Of a DNA stretch of 32,000 nucleotides, positions 25,754-32,000 are shown one piece after another; within the stretch, counting starts at the first letter, position 1, and each line of letters starts with the position of its first letter. A program made the position numbers and the translations under genes. The notes beneath the pieces were generated by a model. The model searched no databases and was not told the DNA's origin. It worked only from the letters and a program-made list of their open reading frames with translations. The DNA comes from Pseudomonas multiresinivorans (lineage in GTDB: Bacteria > Pseudomonadota > Gammaproteobacteria > Pseudomonadales > Pseudomonadaceae). The stretch is taken from the NCBI RefSeq assembly GCF_012971725.1, contig NZ_CP048833.1, positions 1,688,404-1,720,403 on the forward strand, written 5' to 3'.

Positions 25754-28700
25754 CTAATAGACTGGATTTCCTTTATTGTCAGTGCATTTGCACTGAGTAT
25801 GCTTCGCCTGTTTTCCTAGATTTTTTCTAGCAATTCTTTCGGCTTCAGCCCTTGCCTCGGTTTTAGTTGGCGCAGTTGCTTTTCCGAATGCAAATTCATC
25901 ATCTGGGCAGTTTCCTTCTTGAAGACCATTTGAGGATGCCCTGCAAATACAGGTCACGCCTTTTTTCGGCTTTTCGGGCTGAGGAATAGTTCGGTCTCGT
26001 GTTTGTGCCGTGTCTCCTGACAACGACAAAATGGCACCCACCATACCTAGAGCCCGCCCTCCTGGGATTGTCACCCAGTCGGGCAAGTCAAGAATAATGT
26101 CAGGTACGGGGATCTCTAAAGCCGCTTCACCAATTGGGTCGATGAGATTAAGTGGATTCCCCATTACATACCCGTAGGTATTCAATCCACCGTAAAGCCC
26201 AATCGGATCGCTTTCGACGTACCGTCCCGTCTCGGGGTCGTAGTCGCGGAAATAGTTGTAGCGCAGTCCGGTCTCAAAGTCGAAATATTGTCCTGGGAAA
26301 CGAAGATTGAGCACATTTTGATGCCCGCTACCCTGAGGATCCTGATCCGGTGCTCCATTGCCGAAGGCATCCGACTGCCACTGCCAAACAATCTGCTGAG
26401 TCGCTGAAGTCGCCAGGCGCGGAGTGTTCAGGTGGTCGCTGTGCAGGTAGAGCACGCGCGGTACGCCGCTGCCCTGCTTCTCCACGCTGGCCAGCGGCAT
26501 GTTGTCCAGCCAGAGGTACGTTTGGCTGCGCTGCTGTGTACCGGCGCTGTTGTAGTCGGTCTCTGCCAGCAGTTGGCCGTCCGGGCCGTACAGGTAGGTG
26601 GTGAAGCCCTGGCTGGTGAGCTTGGCCACGCGCTGGCCGAGGCTGTTGTAGCGGTATTCGGCGACCTGCTGACCGTTGATCTTCACGTTGGCCAGGCGGT
26701 TCTGTGCGTCGTAGCCGAGCAGTCGGCTGGCGCGGTCCTGGGTCAGGTTGCCGGCGGCGTCGGCAGTGACGGCTTGCCCGTCGATGGCGGTCAGGCGGTT
26801 GCTGTTGCTGGCGTACTGGTAGGTGGTGGTCGCTGTGGCGCCGTTCTCCGTGACCTGCCGCTGCGTGCGGTTGCCCACCGCGTCGTAGCTGTAGCTGCCC
26901 TGCTTACCGGTGGCGTTCTCGCTGGTTAGGCGGTCCAGTGCGTCGTAGCCGAAGGTCAGCGTGCCCCAGAGGTTGTTTGCCAGTTCGGTGATGTTGCCGT
27001 TGGCATCGCGCTGGTAGTCGTTGCGCCACGGGCCGACGTCCTGGCGGGTCAGTTGGTAGTCCTGGTCGTACGTGCGGCTCATCTGGATGCCATTGGCCCA
27101 GGTCAGTTGCTGCAGCGGGCCGAAGGGCAGGTAGCTCATGCCGCTGGCCAGGTTACTGGCGTTGCCGCCATCGAGGGCCAGCGTCACGTTGCTGACCTGG
27201 CCGCCCGCGTTGCGTGGGTAGCCCACCTGCACGGCGCTCGGATAGCCGATGCCCACCAGTTGGTCGGCGGCGTCGTACTGGAAGGTCAGGGTGTCCGCCA
27301 GCGTTTGGCCGTTCACACTGAGGCTGCGTGCCTGCTCGATCAGGTTGCCGCGCGCGTCGTAGCGGTAGGCGAGGGTACCGCTGCCGTCCTGAATGGCAGT
27401 CAGGCGACCAATACCGAAGTTGCCGTTCGCCGTGGCGTCGTAGCTGTAGGTGGCGTCCAGCGCCGGGGTGGCCGGGTAGTGCCGCGCGATGAGGCGGTTC
27501 AGCGCGTCGTAGCTGAAGGTAACCACCACGCCACGGGCGTCGGTCTGCTTCGTGACGTTGCCGGCGGCATCGTACTCGAAGGTGCTGGTGCCGCTGTCCG
27601 GGCTGATCAGCTTGGTCTGGTTGCCCAGGCCGTCGTACTCGTAGCGGGTGGTGACGCTGCGTGGATCAATCACTTGCGTCAGGTTTCCCTGAGTGTCGTA
27701 GCTGAGTTGCGTTTGGCCTTGGAGTGCATCGGTATTCTTATTCGGACGATCAAAGGCGTCGTAAGTATCGGCGCTAGCGTATCTCCTCGGGTTGGTTGTG
27801 CCGGTCAGGTTGCCATTCGGGTCGTAGCGCAGGTCGCGGATATTCCCGTTGGCATCGGTGATCTGCTTCAGGCGCGAAAGCGCATCGAATGCCTGGCTCA
27901 GCGAATAGGTCAGCGTACCGCTGGCATTGAACCGCTTTTCGCCCAACCGATTACCCTCGGAATCGAGCGAATACTCAATGCGGTCCCCTAGATTATTGCT
28001 GATAGCAATTAGTCGCTGCGCGGCGTCGTATTGGTAATTGAGCCTCGCGCCGTTGGGCAGGTCCGTTGCGCTGCGAAGTCCGTTGCTGTCGTAGTGTTGC
28101 TGGGTTGTGGCGCCGGCGGTGGACTGGCTCAATACGCGCCCGCGCACGTCATAGGTCAGCAGCGTTTCAACGCCATTGGCATCGGTGATGAGTAAGGGTT
28201 GGCCGTTCCGATTGTAGCGGGAATAAGTTGTCGCTTGGCCTAGGGCATTGGTGATGCTGGCAAGGTCTCCTTGCGTATAGTTCGCGCCAGTGGATTCGTA
28301 GTAAGCCAGGCTGTAGTCCGCCGTTGAGCTACCGGGCTGCGTGAGGGTCAGTAGCTGGCCTCGTGCGTTGTAGGTGTAGCGGGTCACTCTAGCGGGTGTG
28401 CTGGTATCCGGTTGCGCAGTGAAACCTTGCGCGCCGGTGATATCCTGCGTCACTTGTTCGGTGACGCGGCAAAGAGTGGGCAGCTCGCTCGGTGCGCACT
28501 GGATGGGCTGGTTTCCGGCCAAAGGGTCGCTATCGCCGTTGTAGAGATAGGTCGTTTGCAGCCGGGGGGCGAACTGCTGGATTGGCTTACGGTGAATACT
28601 GTGCCAGCGCGTGCTGAATTTTCTGGCGCCCGCCGGAAGCACCTTGCCGTCAGGTCGATAGTCGGTGCTGTCGTTCAGATTGATGCCTTCGACACGCACG

Positions 28701-30340
28701 GTTTCCAAAGCGCGGGAGCTGTCCCAGCCATACAAGGTCTTGTTGCCGTTGAAGTCTGCCTGGTAGCGCTTCAGACCCTTGTCGTCATAATCGATGACAT
28801 TGGAACTGGCAGGGCAGCCGGAGCCGGCGGGCTGTGCAACGGAGGTGGCAAGCTGCGTTCCATCGGCCAGCGTCTTGCTGAAGTAATGATTGTACTGAAC
28901 ATCCTGGCTGGTCTTTACCGACGAGTAGTTTCCCAAAACCTGGACGATGCGTTTATCGACACCACCAGCGAGTTCGCTACTGACGACAAGGTCGCTGGAA
29001 TACTTGTAGGTACCGATGCGCTGGCCATTGGCGTCCAGTTTTCCGGTAACGAGAATCGGACTGGTCGAGCCGGTCCCCGTCATTCCGGGTTCGTTGTATA
29101 GATAGCTGACGCTGCTGCCGTCCTGCCAAGCAACCTTGGTGATTTGCCAGTAGGTTGCCTGCTTAGGGTCATTACCGTATTCGTAAGTGATGACCTTGCC
29201 GTCTGGCGGCGTGGCACTGATCAACCGCCCCTGGCTATCGTAGGCATAAACGATGGATCGGCCGAGATGGTCGGTCTTTTTGCTCAGCCCATAAGGGCCG
29301 TACTCGTAATCGATACCGCCGCCCGCTGCCGGCGAATAGCGCAGGAGTCGTCCATCAGGCTGGAACAATGAAATGTTTCCTTGCCCGTCTATGAGTTTCC
29401 AGCTTGCCCCGCCATGGGCGCTGGCGTCGACGCTTCGCAGGATAGTGCGCAGGCCAATCGGCCCATCGCCCTTGAGAGTATTGTCATTACCTGTGAATCG
29501 ATAGCGATTGCGGCCTTGCCATAGGTAAACGGTGCGCTCCGTGCTGGTGTTCACCCATTCCGGACGTCCGATATTTGCATAGGCCTCCGTGCTAGTGGGA
29601 TTGTCCGGATCCAAGGCATAGCGATTGAAAACGGAAACACTGTTGTATGGCTGAATACCTCGCGCGCCAAACACTGTCGCAGAGGATATGGAGCTGGAGG
29701 GGGCAAGCACGATAAGACGATCAGGGGGATCAATTGCCCAGCCGCTATATTGGTCGCGGTAGATCCGTTGTATGTCCAGCAGACCATCCGCGCTGCGGTA
29801 ATCCTCTTCGCGGAAAAACTTCATACCATCCGCAATCTGGATGGGATTAGCGGTTGCTGAGCAGGAGCTTTTCTCAACCAACGAGCATTCGGCTGTGCGG
29901 GTGTCCGATGGGTAGCCGGTCTGTGTGCCGCTGAAAGGCTTAGGACAGTCCAAGTGTACGTTTGCCCCAAGTCCTCCTGCCGGTGCAGTTCCTGTCGAAA
30001 TACTTCCGGCGGAATTTTTGGTCTGAGTGAAGGCTGTTCGGGAAAGCTGATAGGTCAGTGGCTCATTGTTAATGGTAACGCTTCCGACAGGTGTCGCGCT
30101 GGTGATGGTGTTGCGTGTGCAGCTATATGTTGGAGCGTTTAAACACTTCTGGAACGTCAATTCGGCGCTTGAGTTAAGATTGGATATGAGCTCGCTGAGA
30201 GATGAAAACTTCAAATATGGAATTGAGCCATTCACGCCGTAGCTGGTGGTTGGCTTTGTTTTTATCTCCGCTGCTTCGATGGAAGTAAGCGTTGCGCAGA
30301 GTAGTAAATTTATTGCGATATATGTTGTCTTCCCTTTCAT
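25754..30340 (-). CDS. Rhs/YD-repeat polymorphic toxin with Sec-type signal peptide
   Basis: There are more than 15 YD repeats (for example YAYDSQGRL, YEYDGLGNQ, YRYDARGNL). An NPIQIADGMKFFREEDY entry motif is present. The core ends in RYNYFRDYDPETGRYVESDPIGL...NPLNLIDPIGE. The N-terminus is MKGKTTYIAINLLLCATLTSIEA. Confidence 0.9.
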   Translation of the reverse strand: MKGKTTYIAINLLLCATLTSIEAAEIKTKPTTSYGVNGSIPYLKFSSLSELISNLNSSAELTFQKCLNAPTYSCTRNTITSATPVGSVTINNEPLTYQLSRTAFTQTKNSAGSISTGTAPAGGLGANVHLDCPKPFSGTQTGYPSDTRTAECSLVEKSSCSATANPIQIADGMKFFREEDYRSADGLLDIQRIYRDQYSGWAIDPPDRLIVLAPSSSISSATVFGARGIQPYNSVSVFNRYALDPDNPTSTEAYANIGRPEWVNTSTERTVYLWQGRNRYRFTGNDNTLKGDGPIGLRTILRSVDASAHGGASWKLIDGQGNISLFQPDGRLLRYSPAAGGGIDYEYGPYGLSKKTDHLGRSIVYAYDSQGRLISATPPDGKVITYEYGNDPKQATYWQITKVAWQDGSSVSYLYNEPGMTGTGSTSPILVTGKLDANGQRIGTYKYSSDLVVSSELAGGVDKRIVQVLGNYSSVKTSQDVQYNHYFSKTLADGTQLATSVAQPAGSGCPASSNVIDYDDKGLKRYQADFNGNKTLYGWDSSRALETVRVEGINLNDSTDYRPDGKVLPAGARKFSTRWHSIHRKPIQQFAPRLQTTYLYNGDSDPLAGNQPIQCAPSELPTLCRVTEQVTQDITGAQGFTAQPDTSTPARVTRYTYNARGQLLTLTQPGSSTADYSLAYYESTGANYTQGDLASITNALGQATTYSRYNRNGQPLLITDANGVETLLTYDVRGRVLSQSTAGATTQQHYDSNGLRSATDLPNGARLNYQYDAAQRLIAISNNLGDRIEYSLDSEGNRLGEKRFNASGTLTYSLSQAFDALSRLKQITDANGNIRDLRYDPNGNLTGTTNPRRYASADTYDAFDRPNKNTDALQGQTQLSYDTQGNLTQVIDPRSVTTRYEYDGLGNQTKLISPDSGTSTFEYDAAGNVTKQTDARGVVVTFSYDALNRLIARHYPATPALDATYSYDATANGNFGIGRLTAIQDGSGTLAYRYDARGNLIEQARSLSVNGQTLADTLTFQYDAADQLVGIGYPSAVQVGYPRNAGGQVSNVTLALDGGNASNLASGMSYLPFGPLQQLTWANGIQMSRTYDQDYQLTRQDVGPWRNDYQRDANGNITELANNLWGTLTFGYDALDRLTSENATGKQGSYSYDAVGNRTQRQVTENGATATTTYQYASNSNRLTAIDGQAVTADAAGNLTQDRASRLLGYDAQNRLANVKINGQQVAEYRYNSLGQRVAKLTSQGFTTYLYGPDGQLLAETDYNSAGTQQRSQTYLWLDNMPLASVEKQGSGVPRVLYLHSDHLNTPRLATSATQQIVWQWQSDAFGNGAPDQDPQGSGHQNVLNLRFPGQYFDFETGLRYNYFRDYDPETGRYVESDPIGLYGGLNTYGYVMGNPLNLIDPIGEAALEIPVPDIILDLPDWVTIPGGRALGMVGAILSLSGDTAQTRDRTIPQPEKPKKGVTCICRASSNGLQEGNCPDDEFAFGKATAPTKTEARAEAERIARKNLGKQAKHTQCKCTDNKGNPVY

Positions 30341-30777
30341 GATGATCCTTGACGTTTTTTGTGTATTTCGGTGGGTGGAAGTTTGGGCTGATTGTAGGTT
30401 CCAGTTATTTATTTCTGTAAATAGAAAGTGCGGTTTTGGCCGGTTTTAGGGGGGTATGTTTATTTTTAGTTTTTGATTTTGAGGTTTTTTACTCCTTGGT
30501 TCACATCATGGCAACATTAGATGGTTGATGCACTGCAATATGAGGGTAACGCACCGGCAATGCGTCTGTGTTGAGTTGTTAATGTCAGCGCTGCTTTATT
30601 TGTTCTGGTTAGGAGGCTTCGTTGGTGGTAGCTCAGGGAGGAGGAAAAGTGTTGGAAGCCAGAGCGTTCCCTGCTGAGATTTCAGCCACAAGGAGTGGCA
30701 GATTCAGCCTTGGCTAATTGCTAGATACGGACTGAGGCTTTAGATTTGTGTACTGAATTGAGAAACGAGATACCCTC

Positions 30778-31011
30778 ATGCGTGTTGTGAGTTTCTCTGA
30801 AGCCCGAAAAGACTTAAAGAAGGTCATTGACGACGTTGTTGATAACTCAGACTTCACGGTGATCACGCGGAGCAATGCTCCGGATGCCGTGCTGCTTTCG
30901 CTCGACAGCTTCAATAGCCTTTTGGAAACTCTCTATCTGCTGAAGTCACCGGCCAACGTAGCTCATTTGGAGCGTTCTCTGGCTCAAATTCAACCGTGCG
31001 AGGAAGCCTGA
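30778..31011 (+). CDS. yefM: Phd/YefM-family antitoxin
   Basis: MRVVSFSEARKDLKKVIDDV...VITRSNAPDAVLLSLDSFNSLLETLYLLKSPANV matches the YefM pattern. Confidence 0.85.
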   Translation: MRVVSFSEARKDLKKVIDDVVDNSDFTVITRSNAPDAVLLSLDSFNSLLETLYLLKSPANVAHLERSLAQIQPCEEA

Positions 31012-31122
31012 TCCCTTGAAAGAGAACCTATCGAGATGCTTGTCCAGGCGTATCGGCAGGCCAGCGAGTCGTTGGAGATACCCTCCTGCCGCTACCACTA
31101 CAGACAGGCTGTGAGAGGCTGA
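31012..31122 (+). pseudogene. yoeB: YoeB toxin remnant (only the C-terminal ~30 codons)
   Basis: In frame directly after the yefM stop it reads SLEREPIEMLVQAYRQASESLEIPSCRYHY. By memory this aligns with the E. coli YoeB C-terminus SRRITEEHRLVYAVTDDSLLIAACRYHY. About 55 N-terminal codons are absent. Confidence 0.7.
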
Positions 31123-31129
31123 AATAGAT

Positions 31130-31711
31130 ATGTCAGGTGATGGTGTCGACGCAGCAGGCGAAGAGCTCTCTCGGAAAGGAGAGAGGGGCGGGCTGGGTAG
31201 TCGGATTCACGCCCGTTTCGAAGCTGCTGGACGGCTGGATGTACCCGAAAGGGAAAAGCTGTTTGAGGACTCGGCGGCATCGATCATTGGCAAGGTGGTC
31301 CTTGCATTTTCGCGCTTCGAGCTGAACCTGACGATCCTCTTGGAAACACTGGTGACGCCTGAGAATGGAGCGGAAATTGATCGCTTGTTTAAGCGAACTC
31401 TCGGCGTGCGGATCGAGGGAGTTCAAAGCGTGCTTTCGTCTCGTGCAGAGCTGGATCCGTCATGCCTGGCCGAGTTTGCGGATTGGAAGCTGCGAATGGA
31501 TGGCGTGCGACTTCTGCGGAACCGTTTTGTTCACGGTCGATGGGGAATACTCGCCCACGCTCAGCAGATTGCCAGCGTAGCTTCCTACCGTGCGAAAGCA
31601 CCAGCAGACAACGAAATTCGGTACAGCCTTGTGGAGCTTGAAGCTGAACTAGGCAGGATTGAAGAGGTGTGTGCCGGCTTTATCGCTTGGAGAAAACGCT
31701 GGCCTATCTGA
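31130..31711 (+). CDS. helical protein with Rx4H motif (HEPN-like)
   Basis: It carries LLRNRFVHGRWG (R-N-x-x-x-H) in a predicted all-helical 193-aa protein. It starts 8 nt after the yoeB remnant. Confidence 0.55.
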   Translation: MSGDGVDAAGEELSRKGERGGLGSRIHARFEAAGRLDVPEREKLFEDSAASIIGKVVLAFSRFELNLTILLETLVTPENGAEIDRLFKRTLGVRIEGVQSVLSSRAELDPSCLAEFADWKLRMDGVRLLRNRFVHGRWGILAHAQQIASVASYRAKAPADNEIRYSLVELEAELGRIEEVCAGFIAWRKRWPI

Positions 31712-31768
31712 TGAGGCGGGCTGGTAGACAGGGTGTAGTCACTTCGTAGTCACTACCCCAGAAAGCAC

Positions 31769-31794
31769 AAAGGGCTAGCTTTCGCTAACCCTTT
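31769..31794 (-). terminator. element-borne stem-loop downstream of the reconstituted tRNA-Met
   Basis: The hairpin aaagggctagc / tttc / gctaacccttt is a diverged copy of the hairpin at 9184-9215. Confidence 0.4.
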
Positions 31795-31802
31795 GTTTTG
31801 TA

Positions 31803-31879
31803 TGGTGGCTACACCGGGACTTGAACCTGGGACATCAGCATTATGAATGCTGCGCTCTAACCGACTGAGCTATGTAGCC
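31803..31879 (-). tRNA. tRNA-Met (elongator, anticodon CAT), 77 nt with encoded CCA
   Basis: The reverse complement is GGCTACATAGCTCAGTCGGTTAGAGCGCAGCATTCATAATGCTGATGTCCCAGGTTCAAGTCCCGGTGTAGCCACCA. It folds as a cloverleaf with a fully paired acceptor stem. It is close to my memory of the E. coli elongator tRNA-Met. Confidence 0.95.
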
Positions 31880-31890
31880 GAGTGGCGCGC

Positions 31891-31919
31891 ATTTTCCGCA
31901 GATCGTGGGGGGGTGTCAA
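31891..31919 (-). promoter_or_regulatory. sigma70-type promoter of the tRNA-Met gene
   Basis: On the minus strand it reads TTGACA, a 17-nt spacer, GAAAAT, then a GC-rich discriminator (GCGCGCC) just before the tRNA 5' end. Confidence 0.5.
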
Positions 31920-32000
31920 CCCCTTTTCTTGAATATTGTTCTGATCTATCAATCGTTTAGCCGGTCGTGCTGGATTTTCGCGATGAGCGGTGGGGCAGGG

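Larger units (their letters stand above)
9268..31802. mobile_element. composite tRNA-Met-associated genomic island (cargo cassettes + Pf-like prophage + Rhs locus + TA remnant)
   Basis: It is bounded by 46-nt direct repeats of the tRNA 3' half. GC is mosaic (about 40% to about 62%) against a backbone of 60-68%. It contains an integrase. Confidence 0.75.

Noticed and set aside
26350-29371. Plus-strand ORFs antisense to the Rhs gene (26432-26929, 27053-27991, 28412-29101 and others).
   Set aside because: They lie opposite the GC-rich YD-repeat core. Their Val/Ala/Gly-rich translations mirror the repeat structure and have no start signals.
30341-30777. The T-rich, low-GC intergenic region, checked as a possible CRISPR array or repeat array.
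   Set aside because: It has no regularly spaced direct repeats. It looks like an AT-rich promoter and leader region for rhs and yefM.

Overview
This is a GC-rich (about 60-68% in sampled lines) Pseudomonas-type chromosome carrying a composite island of about 22.6 kb inserted in a tRNA-Met gene. All family names below come from reading motifs and from memory, because no searches were run.

Backbone (1-9220, all + strand):
- the tail of a large Asn/Thr-rich secreted protein plus a small secreted partner
- a holD-like gene overlapping rimI
- an FAD amine oxidase overlapping a C69/secernin-like Ntn hydrolase
- a beta-carbonic anhydrase overlapping an isocitrate/isopropylmalate-dehydrogenase-family gene
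- a small membrane protein
- an SRAP/YedK-like protein

Island boundaries: a 46-nt copy of the tRNA-Met 3' half at 9222-9267 is repeated inside the intact tRNA-Met at 31803-31879 (minus strand).

Island contents (9268-31802):
1. A cassette of about 40% GC, bracketed by about 135-bp direct repeats. It encodes an intact calcineurin-type metallophosphoesterase translationally coupled to a 732-aa STAND-like/TPR protein with no Walker A motif. This is my top candidate for an undescribed anti-phage system.
2. Two orphan genes in the accessory slot upstream of a phage repressor.
3. A complete Pf1/Pf4-like filamentous prophage core (15638-24170), from repressor to integrase.
4. A Sec-signal Rhs toxin with a short Cys-containing C-terminal domain, a Sel1-repeat putative immunity gene and two orphan immunity-like genes.
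5. yefM with a decayed yoeB remnant, followed by an Rx4H (HEPN-like) gene next to the tRNA.

No CRISPR array, rRNA or transposase was seen.
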